Under the pieces are notes generated by a model, which searched no databases, was not told the DNA's origin, and saw only the letters and a list, made by a program, of their open reading frames with translations. The translations under genes were made by a program, and so were the position numbers. DNA of 64,000 nt. Source: an uncultured archaeon. GTDB taxonomy: Archaea > Aenigmatarchaeota > Aenigmatarchaeia > QMZP01 > JACQNV01. The stretch spans positions 32,001 through 96,000 of the forward strand of contig CAYPFW010000003.1 of assembly GCA_964410585.1 (NCBI GenBank), in the 5' to 3' direction. Position 1 is the stretch's first letter. Each line of letters opens with the position of its first letter. Shown piece by piece: positions 39,319 to 50,072 of this stretch.

Positions 39319-40332
39319 ATGTATCCAAAAGTGACTGCTATAATTGTCAACTACAACGGTGAGGAATATCTAAGAAAATGCTTTCACTCAATTGTAAATC
39401 AAGATTATCCTATTGGTAGATTGCAAATAATAGTAGTTGATAATGCATCAAAAGATGCTTCTGTTTCATATATAAAAAATAATTATAAGAGTGTAAATGT
39501 TATCGATTCTGGGGGCAATCTTGGATATTCTGGTGGTGCTAATGTTGGATATAAACACGCAACTGGTGACTATGTGGCTCTAATGGCTAATGATATGATT
39601 TTTCCAAAAAAATGGGTAAAGGAAATGGTAGGTTCTTTTGAAAAAGATAAGACTATAGCGGCTGTTACATCTACCATGATCAATGTTGGTGAAAAAAGGG
39701 AAGAAGGTGAATTACTAAATGCTTCGCCTATTTTGGTTGGAAGGACAGACACAAAAAAGTCTGGTTATACTATAGTTCCTTGGGGAGGGGCGTGCATGTT
39801 TAGGAAAAATCTCTTCAAGCTACCCTTTGATTCTGAGTATTTTATTTATGGCGAAGATATTTACCTTGGCCTCCTTTCATGGCTTCGAGGATATAAGCTA
39901 GTAGAAAACAAAATAAAAGTAATACATTTCGGATCTATAACTGTTGGGTTTTTCAGTAAAATACAGGTCCACTATAATGAAAGAAACAGATTAATTAACA
40001 TCTTGTCTTTTTTCAAATGGAAAACAATTTTTCTTTTATCACCTCTTATAATAGCTGACATTTTAATAAAAACTATCTATTTTCTAAGTATCAACCGTCC
40101 TGACCTTGTTGATGCTGAGAAAAAGGCAATCTTCTGGAACATAAAAAACTTAAATAAAGTTCTAATTAAAAGGCGTGCCATACAAAAACAAAGAAAAGTC
40201 GGCGACTTCACACTGCTAAATATCTTTTGCGAAAACATATATGGAGAAGGGGGATTTAAGAGGGCTTTCAATATTCTATCAACTGGTTATTTCCAATGTA
40301 TAAAAAAATTTTACCGAAAATTCAATTTTTAG
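39319..40332 (+). CDS. GT2 glycosyltransferase (rhamnosyltransferase-like)
   Basis: IIVNYNG, VDNASKD, NLGYSGGAN, GACM, FD..YFIYGED, ERNR. Confidence 0.88.
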   Translation: MYPKVTAIIVNYNGEEYLRKCFHSIVNQDYPIGRLQIIVVDNASKDASVSYIKNNYKSVNVIDSGGNLGYSGGANVGYKHATGDYVALMANDMIFPKKWVKEMVGSFEKDKTIAAVTSTMINVGEKREEGELLNASPILVGRTDTKKSGYTIVPWGGACMFRKNLFKLPFDSEYFIYGEDIYLGLLSWLRGYKLVENKIKVIHFGSITVGFFSKIQVHYNERNRLINILSFFKWKTIFLLSPLIIADILIKTIYFLSINRPDLVDAEKKAIFWNIKNLNKVLIKRRAIQKQRKVGDFTLLNIFCENIYGEGGFKRAFNILSTGYFQCIKKFYRKFNF

Positions 40333-41128
40333 ACTTCCTTATCTTGAATAGATTTATGTAACCCTCTAATCCTGTATCTAGTATAACCGAATCTATTTTT
40401 ATTAATTTTCTAATTAGAGGTAAGAACTTTTTATAATAATTTAAGTATTTCATCTTTGGGTTTTCATACCACATAACATCATCGTATGCCCCTTTCTGAA
40501 CAGCTGCTATATAAGCTATATCATCTATTAATTTTACAAACCAAAATCCACAGAAATCAATTCTCTCTACTTTAAATCCAAAATAGCTGAGTTCTCTCTT
40601 CAGTCTAGTAGGTGAAAACCCACCATAGTAGTGTCCATATGGAAATATGAAAAGTGGGTTTCTTGTTAGCTTTCCTAGAAACCAGGAAACTGAAAGAGCA
40701 GGCATTGGACCTATTGATGGGAAGTTGACTATCCTATTGGGTGTTGTAAATAAAAACACAGAATCATGTTTCAATACCCTGTTTACTTCTATCAAATATT
40801 TTTTGTAATCTCTTATATGCTCTATAACTTCCGAAGATATGATCTGATCATAAACATTTTCTTTGAAAGGTAATTGGGTACCATCACCTATAACAAATAA
40901 GCAATTTTTTGGGCATATGGATTTAGCAACTTTTATAGCATCCTTTCTTATTTCAAACCCAACAACAGTCTTGCATTTTTTTGAAATGTCTAATGTTAAT
41001 ATCCCTACACTACATCCTAAATCTAGGCAAAGATCAACATTTTCTGAATACTTGTTTATTTTTTCAAACCTTACAATAGCACTTGGTAAATATTTTTTAA
41101 AAAAAAATAAATCAGAAACTTTAGACAT
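40322..41128 (-). CDS. Class I SAM-dependent methyltransferase
   Basis: LDLGCSVG, GDGTQLPF, SEVIEHI, RVLK, TTPN. Confidence 0.88.
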   Translation of the reverse strand: MSKVSDLFFFKKYLPSAIVRFEKINKYSENVDLCLDLGCSVGILTLDISKKCKTVVGFEIRKDAIKVAKSICPKNCLFVIGDGTQLPFKENVYDQIISSEVIEHIRDYKKYLIEVNRVLKHDSVFLFTTPNRIVNFPSIGPMPALSVSWFLGKLTRNPLFIFPYGHYYGGFSPTRLKRELSYFGFKVERIDFCGFWFVKLIDDIAYIAAVQKGAYDDVMWYENPKMKYLNYYKKFLPLIRKLIKIDSVILDTGLEGYINLFKIRKSKN

Positions 41129-41223
41129 ATTGATATTATAGTTAACTAATATTTAATATGCTATATGCAACAACTATCAATAACTTTATATCTCTAGAGC
41201 CATAACACTAAACAGCGTGAATT

Positions 41224-42243
41224 ATGATTTACTTGATTGCTTTAGTTTCTGCATTTATTATAGCTTTTTTATTTGTAAAACCATCCAGCAAATTTTTATT
41301 TAGAGCGGGAATAAAAGGAATAGATCAACAAAAAGAAAATAGGCCAGAACTGCCAACGTCAATAGGGACTGTAGTGATGGCCGGGCTCCTTGGGGGAATA
41401 TTCATAATCATTGGAGTTGATACATTCTTGCTAAAAACTCAAATAGACCTAACCACTCTCTTTGCTGCTTCTTTCTCTATAATTATTATCACATTCATAG
41501 GATTTTTAGATGATGTTAATGTAGCTAGGGCACCAAAAAAGGATAAGGGTTTAAAAGATTATAGATTAGGATTAAAACAGTGGCAGAAACCGCTTCTTGT
41601 TTTACCTGCAGCTATCCCATTAATGGCTGTAAAGGCAGGTGTAACAGAAATGGCACTGCCATTTATAGGTATAGTTAATTTTGGTGTTCTATACCCACTT
41701 ATTCTGGTTCCGCTTGCAGTTGTTTTTGTTACAAACGCCACAAATATGCTTGCTGGGATGAATGGACTTGAATCTGGATTGGGTTTAGTAACAACAATCT
41801 CGATAGGCATCTTTGCTTTTTTTGCAGGCAGACCAGAAGCAGCTATAATAGCATTTTCAACTTCAGGCGCCCTTGCAGCTATTCTCATCTTTAATTGGTA
41901 TCCTGCTAAAGTTCTACCAGGCGATTCTCTTACATACTTAGTTGGTGCTTCTATTGTCTCGTCTATTATAATAGGCAATATAGAAAGATTTGGAATTTTC
42001 ATCTTTGCTATTTGGGTAATAGAATTTCTTTTAAAGCTCAGATCAAAATTCAAAGCCCGGACTCTTGGAAATTTAAACAACAATGTCCTTGAGCCACCAT
42101 ATAAAAAGATATATTCTATAGCCCACATTCTAATGAAATTTAGACTGAAAGAAAATCAAATAACAAACTATTTACTGTTTATACAAATTTTAATATGTCT
42201 TTTAGCGCTTATTATGTATATACCGCTTCTAACAATTTTATAA
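41224..42243 (+). CDS. aglH: UDP-GlcNAc:dolichol-phosphate GlcNAc-1-P transferase (AglH/Alg7/GPT-like)
   Basis: Multi-TM; GID..K, GFLDD, NATNMLAGMNGLE, FNWYPAKVLPGDS. Confidence 0.85.
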   Translation: MIYLIALVSAFIIAFLFVKPSSKFLFRAGIKGIDQQKENRPELPTSIGTVVMAGLLGGIFIIIGVDTFLLKTQIDLTTLFAASFSIIIITFIGFLDDVNVARAPKKDKGLKDYRLGLKQWQKPLLVLPAAIPLMAVKAGVTEMALPFIGIVNFGVLYPLILVPLAVVFVTNATNMLAGMNGLESGLGLVTTISIGIFAFFAGRPEAAIIAFSTSGALAAILIFNWYPAKVLPGDSLTYLVGASIVSSIIIGNIERFGIFIFAIWVIEFLLKLRSKFKARTLGNLNNNVLEPPYKKIYSIAHILMKFRLKENQITNYLLFIQILICLLALIMYIPLLTIL

Positions 42244-42250
42244 TTTTTTA

Positions 42251-42499
42251 TCAGTTTGTATTGTTTGAGGACTTCCAATCTGCTTTTAATTCTTTAAGAA
42301 ATAGGCTTAAAATCAAGACTACAAGAAAGATAAAAAACAAAAACGAGCCCACAATAGCACTTGAACCCGCTATTGAATTACCTTCTGAAACAGATAAACT
42401 AAAGCCAATAATAACTAGAAGTATGCCTAACCCCATGAACAAAAAAGATATGTTCTCAACTGTCTCGTATCTATCGGCGCCTCTAATCTTAATTTTCAT
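42251..42499 (-). CDS. Small two-TM membrane protein downstream of aglB
   Basis: 82 aa, two hydrophobic helices, ATG 9 nt after the aglB stop. Confidence 0.7.
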   Translation of the reverse strand: MKIKIRGADRYETVENISFLFMGLGILLVIIGFSLSVSEGNSIAGSSAIVGSFLFFIFLVVLILSLFLKELKADWKSSNNTN

Positions 42500-42508
42500 A
42501 TAGGACTA

Positions 42509-44569
42509 TTAAGCTTTCAATTTAAAAACCTTTATTTCGGGATTTTGGTATACAATCTCGAATCTTGTCAACCCTTCCCCATTAAAGAAATACATTCTAG
42601 TGAACATAGAATCCCTTATTGCAGCATCCATTAAAACAGCTGATTTAAATCCCTGGTCAACAAAAAGCATGCCATCAAAATGCTGGGTATTGTTTGAAGT
42701 TAATATTTGAAGCTGATTATTGTTGAAAAAAGCCAAATGTTTTATCACCGCATTCTGACCCTGGTAAGTTAGAATAGGTATCAAATTACCATCCTTCTGC
42801 ACTATTGAAGCTGTCAAACCGCCACCGACATACGTCAATTCGCTTTCTGTTTGGCCTGATAGCGACATTATTGCAAAGTTTTTTCCCTGTCCTGATTTTG
42901 TTGACGCATCATAAGTTCCAAAAAAGCTCAGCCAATAATATTTTCCAATTAAGTCATTGCTTGCAATAACATAAATATCAGAAACCGGTTTGCATGCATC
43001 CTCAGGAACTATATTTCCAAAAGTTGACTTAACACGCTGACACTGCTGTGGTGAAAGCTCCTTATATTTTAAAAGCAGACTTGCTGCTTCATTTTCGTCT
43101 GATGTTGAAAGTATCCTTCCCATATCCCTTATTCTTATATTATGATTATAGGGTACACAATGATCAGCTGTACAATGAGCACCATCTGCGTGAACTTTTA
43201 GCCCAGTGTAACCAGTTATTATGTGACCAGGATCCCACCAAGTTGATATTAAAGAATCTTTGTCAGCATTCTGCTTAAGCCAATTAAGAATATCATACCA
43301 ACCCTGACTTATTTCTACACCAGAACTAGAGAGCCCCAAACTTATTGCATTTGAAATTGTTGAAAGTGACAAGAACAAAATTATTCCAAATATAAATGCA
43401 GTTATAATGTTCTTTTTATTATAGGTGCTTATGTTGCCTATAACATAACCAGCTGTTGCTGTAGAAGCTATAGCAAACAAAAGTGAAAATCTTACACCGC
43501 GTGTTATGAGGTAGTAGCCAACCAACGCCCACAAAAACAAGAACACATCAGCAAAATCAATTCTCTTCTTTTTAATTAGCTTGTATATTACCAATATTGG
43601 GAGTAAAAACAATGTGAAAACAACTGGAATAAGACCAACTCTATTAACTATAGTGGCAAAACCTTCTTGTGTAAAAACATTTAAGGGTTGAAGTTCAGCT
43701 ACAGATATATTAACAATTAGGCTTTCACCAGCAAGACCCGTGAATCCCAAGCCACCAATTAGTGAGTGAATTGGTGATCCAAATCCTAAACCAAAACCAA
43801 CAGCACTTGTTAAAATCACGATTATTAGCAAGGGTTTTATTATTTCTTTAAAATCAGTTAATATTGGGCCTCTGTTAAAACTTATTTTCCTATTATGAAT
43901 TATTTCCTCTATAACTCTGAAAATTAAATAGGCTGGTATAAAGACCAAAAATAATATTGTTGGAAGCCAGCCACCACCCCAATTAAAAACGAAAAGAAGG
44001 TTTGATAGTACAGCAAATGCGTAATATATTGGTTTCTTTTTCTTTATTCCTAATATAATTGCGTAAACAGAAAGGAAAAAATAAAATACTTCTGGAGCAT
44101 CGTTGTCTGAATATCCGCCTATAGAAACTGATATAAGTGCTGGGGCCAAGGTAGCAAAAAACGCTGTTGAAATTCCAGCCCATCTGTTTACAAGAGTCTT
44201 ACCTAATAAGTATGCTGGAATCACAGACAAAATTACCATTATAATTGGTGACCATTTTGCAATGTCCATCAATGTAAAGTTTCCAAATAGTGAAAAAAAT
44301 TTGTAGAGTAGTGCTATTGTATATGGCCAACCCTCAAACGGCTCTACAGGTCTGCCAGGCGGATAAAAGCTTAGATAATCCCATTTTGGGATGGTCATTC
44401 CGTTCTTAACTATAGATTCTGCATGCCTGTAAAAATACCAAGGATCATGGTCTAAAACAGTAGGCGCAGAGAGCGTTGCCGATCTAACAAAGAACGCTAT
44501 ATACATTATAGCGATCAGCAATATGGCTGTTACAATATCTATTTTTTTTATGTTCAATATGTCCAACAT
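42509..44569 (-). CDS. aglB: Oligosaccharyltransferase AglB (STT3)
   Basis: DHDPWY, DND (DXD), SVAE (TIXE/SVSE), WWDPGH, DL.GK..W (DK motif). Confidence 0.95.
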   Translation of the reverse strand: MLDILNIKKIDIVTAILLIAIMYIAFFVRSATLSAPTVLDHDPWYFYRHAESIVKNGMTIPKWDYLSFYPPGRPVEPFEGWPYTIALLYKFFSLFGNFTLMDIAKWSPIIMVILSVIPAYLLGKTLVNRWAGISTAFFATLAPALISVSIGGYSDNDAPEVFYFFLSVYAIILGIKKKKPIYYAFAVLSNLLFVFNWGGGWLPTILFLVFIPAYLIFRVIEEIIHNRKISFNRGPILTDFKEIIKPLLIIVILTSAVGFGLGFGSPIHSLIGGLGFTGLAGESLIVNISVAELQPLNVFTQEGFATIVNRVGLIPVVFTLFLLPILVIYKLIKKKRIDFADVFLFLWALVGYYLITRGVRFSLLFAIASTATAGYVIGNISTYNKKNIITAFIFGIILFLSLSTISNAISLGLSSSGVEISQGWYDILNWLKQNADKDSLISTWWDPGHIITGYTGLKVHADGAHCTADHCVPYNHNIRIRDMGRILSTSDENEAASLLLKYKELSPQQCQRVKSTFGNIVPEDACKPVSDIYVIASNDLIGKYYWLSFFGTYDASTKSGQGKNFAIMSLSGQTESELTYVGGGLTASIVQKDGNLIPILTYQGQNAVIKHLAFFNNNQLQILTSNNTQHFDGMLFVDQGFKSAVLMDAAIRDSMFTRMYFFNGEGLTRFEIVYQNPEIKVFKLKA

Positions 44570-44645
44570 ATATTACCACAAAACGAATATGTAAAATATA
44601 TTTAATGTATTAATAAAAGAAGTCTTATTTGATATATTTAAGAAT

Positions 44646-45836
44646 ATGAAAATTTGTCTAGTTAATGATTTTTTCCAGCCTAAAATAACAGGCGGAACAG
44701 AGCTTTTTTTAAAATCACTGTACGATTACTTGGGGAGCCAGGGAGTTGAGATAATTTTGATCACAGACAAGTCTGTTGTAGGTGATACTGGATTTAAAAC
44801 ATATAGAATAAACTCATCTCCAGTTAGTTTTAAACATCTAAAACAAATACCCGGAGTAACTCTTCCGTGGTTAGGGTTCAATAGAAGTTTGATGGATCAA
44901 ATTAAAAGAATATATAAAAAAGAAAACCCAGATATTCTACACATAAACAATTTATATCATCTTTCTTTGGCCCCACTACAAGCTTCAGAAAAGCCGTTTT
45001 TGCTAGATGTTCATGATTATTGGCCTGTTTGTTTTTCGAAAGATCTTTTTAAAGATGATAGAAAGTTCTGCCTCCAAAAAGAGAATTGGAGATGCTCTAT
45101 ATGCTTAGCAAAAAAATTCAATTTTCCTGCCGAGCCATTATTTGTACCAAATTTGTATATTGAGTCTTCTATAAAAAGAAAAACTCTTTCAAAAGCAAAA
45201 ACTATTGTTTGCCACTCTGATTTTGTTAGGAAAAGACTAGAGGAGAGGGGTTATGAAAGCGAAGTTATACCATACCCGTATTTTGGTAAAAAGTTTTTGG
45301 GGGATAAAAAAAACAACAAACCCCTAGGCCTGCTTTTTGTTGGTAGACTTGATCACAAAAAGGGTGCAGATATACTATTAAAAGTTGCTAATGATTTGAA
45401 AAACAAGTTGGATTTCAGGATAGATGTTATTGGGGAAGGTGAGTTAAAGAATATTTTAGATAGAGAAGATTTAAACATCTTTATACACGGGTTTTTGGGG
45501 GATGAAAAGTATAAATTTTTTGAAGAAGCTGACATGCTTTTGGCGCCATCGAGATGGCCAGAGCCATTTGGAATTGTAGCACTAGAAGCTATGGAGTATA
45601 AGGTCCCTATAATAACTCTTAATTCATCAGGCGGTCTAATGGAACTCGTCAAAGAAAACGGTGTGGGTATTGTATCAACAGAAGCTATGTTTTCTGAAGA
45701 TATAATCCATCTTTATAATAACAAGAATCAAATTGAGATATTTAAAACAAATTGTAAAAACATTGAGAAGTACAACAAACAAAAAATCTTTAAAAATTAT
45801 ACAAAACTCTTTGAGAGGTTATATAATGGAAAATAA
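44646..45836 (+). CDS. GT4 glycosyltransferase
   Basis: GGTE, HDYW, FVGRL..KKG, PSRWPEPFGIVALEA. Confidence 0.9.
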   Translation: MKICLVNDFFQPKITGGTELFLKSLYDYLGSQGVEIILITDKSVVGDTGFKTYRINSSPVSFKHLKQIPGVTLPWLGFNRSLMDQIKRIYKKENPDILHINNLYHLSLAPLQASEKPFLLDVHDYWPVCFSKDLFKDDRKFCLQKENWRCSICLAKKFNFPAEPLFVPNLYIESSIKRKTLSKAKTIVCHSDFVRKRLEERGYESEVIPYPYFGKKFLGDKKNNKPLGLLFVGRLDHKKGADILLKVANDLKNKLDFRIDVIGEGELKNILDREDLNIFIHGFLGDEKYKFFEEADMLLAPSRWPEPFGIVALEAMEYKVPIITLNSSGGLMELVKENGVGIVSTEAMFSEDIIHLYNNKNQIEIFKTNCKNIEKYNKQKIFKNYTKLFERLYNGK

Positions 45837-47433
45837 ATTTTGGTTAAGCATATTAATCATTGTCATATTTGCATCGCTTATAATTAATTTAAGCGTTACT
45901 TTAACAACACCAACTGTTTTTGGTGATGAGGGTTTCTACGCATCAAGAGCTCAATGGATTTGGGAAAATAAACAAGTTCCTACTATTTACCATGTTCAAT
46001 CGCAAAGCGAAGCATTTAAAAACTATTTTATCAGACCTCCATTCATGCTTACTTTATTGGCATCTATTTTTGGTATAGGTGGAGAGATTTTAGTTAAGGG
46101 GTTCCTTCCTTTTGTATCTCTTGCAACTGCGCTATTAGTATTCTTGTTTGTTAAAAAAATGTATTCAAAAGAAGCCGGTGTTGTATCAACAGTATTTTTG
46201 ATAGCCATACCATCATTTATAACATATACAATTTTACTATATGTTGAAGCTGTTTCTGTCTTTCTCATAACAGCCTCTCTATATTTCCTATATAGCGGTC
46301 TCACAGATAACAAAAAAAAATTTATTATTCTTTCTGGAGCATGTGCAGGGGTTGCGGCCTTAACAGATGTTGGTAGTTTTATAATGCCTGCAATCTATTT
46401 CCTAATTTTGCTTCTATACAAAATCAACATATTTGACTTTATCAAAAAATTCATAACTATTTTCATTGTTTTTTTAATTGTAATTACACCTTGGTATTTT
46501 ATACACAATTATTCACTTGCTGGTACTGTTGGCATACCGCTTGCTGAGAGAATACCAATACTGAGCAATTTTGCAAAGGGAAGTTCAATGGTTATCACAA
46601 AAGATATAGAAAACATAAACGGTAATACTGAGGGGTTCAAAAGTCCAACAGAAATTGGCGGTGGAACAAGTGATACTATACTTAAAGTTGGCTTCATTAA
46701 CTATATAGAATTTGCATACAGTCAATTTATCATATTTTTTTCTTTTATAGGCCTTATATACGTGCTGCTAAATAGAGGAAAAAAGGAAATATTAATTTTA
46801 ATATGGCTTTTTGTGTTGCTTATTGTAAATTACTATCTTACAGCCAATGGAAGAGCAGAAGATGCAGCAAGAGCTCTTCTTGCAACAACCGTACCTATAT
46901 CAATTCTTGCTGGACTCTCAGTTGAAAAGATTTATTCTGAAGTAAAGTCACTTCATAGTTTAGGTAAGTATATTGCAGTAGTAGTTGTAATTATGCTTAT
47001 TTTATTGAGTATCAATTCTTCAAACTTAAAAGCACAATCTTTAAAACCTATTAAGCAGTTTTCAACATCTTTTTTCCAAGCATGCGACTGGATAAAACAG
47101 AATACAGAACAAGGATCGCTTTTAGTTACACTATGGCAACATAGAGCAGAATATGCATGTAAGAGAGACACATTGTGGATATCTGATCCCGGAATAGGGC
47201 AAGCTATTTTAGCCCATGACAATAGGACGTATGCTATTTTCAAGGCACACGGAGCCGATTATATATTCATACAAAAATTCTCAATAAGCCAGGGCAATGA
47301 GGGGGAAAGCTATCCGCTAGATTTTGTAAAATATTTAAGCGAAACACCAAGCTATCAACTTGTATATGAGACAACAGCTGGATGTTTGGGTAGCACAATT
47401 GGGGATTGTAGCATGGTTTATAAAACTTTATAG
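45826..47433 (+). CDS. GT-C fold glycosyltransferase (ArnT/PMT_2-like) with STT3-like C-terminal domain
   Basis: FGDEGFY loop after TM1, RPP, many TM helices, C-terminal ACDWIKQNT....L...W. Confidence 0.75.
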   Translation: MENKFWLSILIIVIFASLIINLSVTLTTPTVFGDEGFYASRAQWIWENKQVPTIYHVQSQSEAFKNYFIRPPFMLTLLASIFGIGGEILVKGFLPFVSLATALLVFLFVKKMYSKEAGVVSTVFLIAIPSFITYTILLYVEAVSVFLITASLYFLYSGLTDNKKKFIILSGACAGVAALTDVGSFIMPAIYFLILLLYKINIFDFIKKFITIFIVFLIVITPWYFIHNYSLAGTVGIPLAERIPILSNFAKGSSMVITKDIENINGNTEGFKSPTEIGGGTSDTILKVGFINYIEFAYSQFIIFFSFIGLIYVLLNRGKKEILILIWLFVLLIVNYYLTANGRAEDAARALLATTVPISILAGLSVEKIYSEVKSLHSLGKYIAVVVVIMLILLSINSSNLKAQSLKPIKQFSTSFFQACDWIKQNTEQGSLLVTLWQHRAEYACKRDTLWISDPGIGQAILAHDNRTYAIFKAHGADYIFIQKFSISQGNEGESYPLDFVKYLSETPSYQLVYETTAGCLGSTIGDCSMVYKTL

Positions 47434-47498
47434 ACAAAACAATCCCTTAAACACCTATTATTAGGAGTTGTTAAATCAAGTCTTATTGAAATATATAC

Positions 47499-49067
47499 AT
47501 GAAAAAACCAACAAATACCTCTAAAGATAAAACCACTGATTATACTGCATCCAAAACTGTTGTCAAAGGTGCTGGATTTGTTTTTCTCGGCTTAATTATA
47601 GGTAGACTTTTTGGCTATTTTACACGACTTATTATTGCTAGGTATTTAGGGCCATCTGAATATGGAGTCCTAATTTTAGCACTATCTGTCTTTGGTATCC
47701 TATCTGTCATCGCTTCACTAGGGTTTCAGGGAGGCCTACTAAGGTTTATACCAGAATTCCAAGAGAAAAAACAACAAGGTAAAATAAGACCAGCTGTTTA
47801 TTATGCGCTTAAAATTGTACTTCCTATATCCTTGATAATCAGCCTAATTTTAATTATAATGTCTGATTATATTTCGATATTTATTTTTCATAATCCAGAA
47901 CTGACTCTAATTTTACAGATTATTAGCATTTCGATACCATTCACTGCTATTACATCTATTTTTTTAGGGACAGTTATGGGACTGAAATATGTTAAATATC
48001 GCCTTTATATCGATGACATTGTAAAGCCTGGATCTAGGCTTATACTTGTTTTCAGCGCGTTTATTTTAGGGTTTGGATTATTTGGATCTATAATTGCATA
48101 CACTCTGAGCTTTTTAATTGCAATGCTAGCTGGTTTTTACTTTTTCCTTAAAATAACAAGTGGCCACCAAAGTCTCAGTTTATCTGAAAAAAGAGGTTTG
48201 TTTTCATATTCCTGGCCTCTCATGCTTTCTTCGATTATTTTTATAGTAATGGGTCAGATAGACAGCCTAATGATTGGCTTTTTTAAAACAAGTTCTGATG
48301 TTGGAATATACAACGCAGCACTTCCAACAGTTGATATATTAGTTGTGGTACCCAATGCCCTCATGGCCTTATTCTTGCCTGTTATCTCAAGCCTTCATGC
48401 TAGAAACAAAATAGGTCAGATAAATGAGCTATATAAAAGGGTTGTTAAGTGGGTTTTAATGATATCCTCTCCACTATTCTTTACTTTTATTTTATTCCCA
48501 AATCAAATTTTAAACATTCTTTTTGGTATAGATTATTCTAGTGGCGGATTGCCACTTTCTATATTAGCAATTGGGTATTTCATCAGCGTTGTTCTTTATC
48601 CGTCATATGATATAATTAACCTGTTCAAAAAAACAAAATTTCATCTTTATAATTCCATATTTGCTGTTTCATTAAACATAATACTAGATTATTTTCTTAT
48701 ACAAACAAATGGTATAGTTGGTGCTGCAATAGCAACTTCTATAACATATAGTATCCTAGGATTTACAGCAACACTTGTTGCGTATAAATTCTTTAAATTA
48801 AATCCTTATAGGAAAAGTATAATCCGTGTGATAGGAGCAGGTATAATAACAGCATTGATTTTCTACACTGTTAAAAGCTTTATCAATTTTAACTTAGTCA
48901 TGTTCATATCAATTCTTCCAATATTTTTGATTGTATATTGTGGACTCCTGTTGGTTTTTAGAGTTTTTGATATGGAGGATTTAGCAATATCAGAGGCTAT
49001 AGAAAAGAAACTCGGGTTCAGAATAGGGCTGACTAAAATTATTAGGAGGTTTTTAAGTAAAATTTAG
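47499..49067 (+). CDS. MOP-family flippase (Wzx/AglR-like)
   Basis: ARYLGPSEYG, D.LMIG......VGIYNAA, GIVGAAIAT; many TM helices. Confidence 0.9.
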   Translation: MKKPTNTSKDKTTDYTASKTVVKGAGFVFLGLIIGRLFGYFTRLIIARYLGPSEYGVLILALSVFGILSVIASLGFQGGLLRFIPEFQEKKQQGKIRPAVYYALKIVLPISLIISLILIIMSDYISIFIFHNPELTLILQIISISIPFTAITSIFLGTVMGLKYVKYRLYIDDIVKPGSRLILVFSAFILGFGLFGSIIAYTLSFLIAMLAGFYFFLKITSGHQSLSLSEKRGLFSYSWPLMLSSIIFIVMGQIDSLMIGFFKTSSDVGIYNAALPTVDILVVVPNALMALFLPVISSLHARNKIGQINELYKRVVKWVLMISSPLFFTFILFPNQILNILFGIDYSSGGLPLSILAIGYFISVVLYPSYDIINLFKKTKFHLYNSIFAVSLNIILDYFLIQTNGIVGAAIATSITYSILGFTATLVAYKFFKLNPYRKSIIRVIGAGIITALIFYTVKSFINFNLVMFISILPIFLIVYCGLLLVFRVFDMEDLAISEAIEKKLGFRIGLTKIIRRFLSKI

Positions 49068-49094
49068 TTTTAAGTTCAAAAATCAAATAAATTT

Positions 49095-50072
49095 ATGATA
49101 AAAAAAATACTTCCCCTATTGGTGTCTTTTTTACTTCTCGGCGGCCTGATACTTTTTTCTGACATTAACAAAATCTATCAAACACTATTCAGGATTAATA
49201 TTTACTTTTTTCTTTGTGCAATTGGATTATGGTTTTTAAGTCACTTAATAAAGATTGTTAGATGGAACTATTTGCTTGGTGAAAATGGTGTATTTTTAAA
49301 GTTTCTTGATTCACTAAAAATATTTACAGCATCAATGTTTATTTCAAACATCACACCTTCAAAACTTGGAGAGCCTGTAAGAAGCTTAATTCTAAAAAAA
49401 AACCAAGGTGTAAATGTAAGCAAATCGCTACCCTCTATTTTTTTTGAAAGGGTTTTTGATATAGCATCCCTTATCTTCATATCTGTTATTGCTATGTTTT
49501 TCCTGTCTAGAAGTCCACTAACACTTAGATATTGGTTTCTGATATCAATAATTTTCTATGCATTTTTTATTGGTATAGGGTTTTTTGTATTTACATCAAA
49601 AAAAAGATTTTTTTACGTGCTCTCAAAAACATATAAATTGTTTTCATTTTTTCCAAGGGTTAAGGAGCTAAATAATAGGCTTGAAGACTTTGCTACAAAT
49701 TTTCATCAATCATTTCTCTCATACAAAAATAAGAGGCTTTATGGAATTGGATTTATGCTATCATGCTGCATCTGGATTATAGAAGGTCTTATACTATACA
49801 TTATTTTTATTTCATTTAACTTGGATGTAACCTTAGCCTCTACATTGTTTATAGTCCCTGTCTCAACCCTTATAGCTGTTATAAGCCTTCTTCCAGGCGG
49901 TATAGGATCCTCTGAAATAATAACTGTTTTGTTTTTTGCATCACTTTTTGGCTTAACATTTACAGATGTTACAACTGTAACACTTGTAGCAAGAGTAGCA
50001 ACATTTTGGTCATCAACAATTTTGGGTGCGATATTCCTTTCAAAATTGGACTATAGGCTTTCAAGTAAATAG
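49095..50072 (+). CDS. Lysylphosphatidylglycerol-synthase TM/UPF0104 (flippase-like) membrane protein
   Basis: RW..LL, NITPSKLGE..R, ERVFD, LPGGIGSSE, R..TFW. Confidence 0.88.
   Translation: MIKKILPLLVSFLLLGGLILFSDINKIYQTLFRINIYFFLCAIGLWFLSHLIKIVRWNYLLGENGVFLKFLDSLKIFTASMFISNITPSKLGEPVRSLILKKNQGVNVSKSLPSIFFERVFDIASLIFISVIAMFFLSRSPLTLRYWFLISIIFYAFFIGIGFFVFTSKKRFFYVLSKTYKLFSFFPRVKELNNRLEDFATNFHQSFLSYKNKRLYGIGFMLSCCIWIIEGLILYIIFISFNLDVTLASTLFIVPVSTLIAVISLLPGGIGSSEIITVLFFASLFGLTFTDVTTVTLVARVATFWSSTILGAIFLSKLDYRLSSK

Noticed and set aside
45826-47433. Second aglB paralog
   Set aside because: Lacks WWDYG, TIXE/SVSE and DK motifs; treated as an ArnT/PMT-like GT-C.
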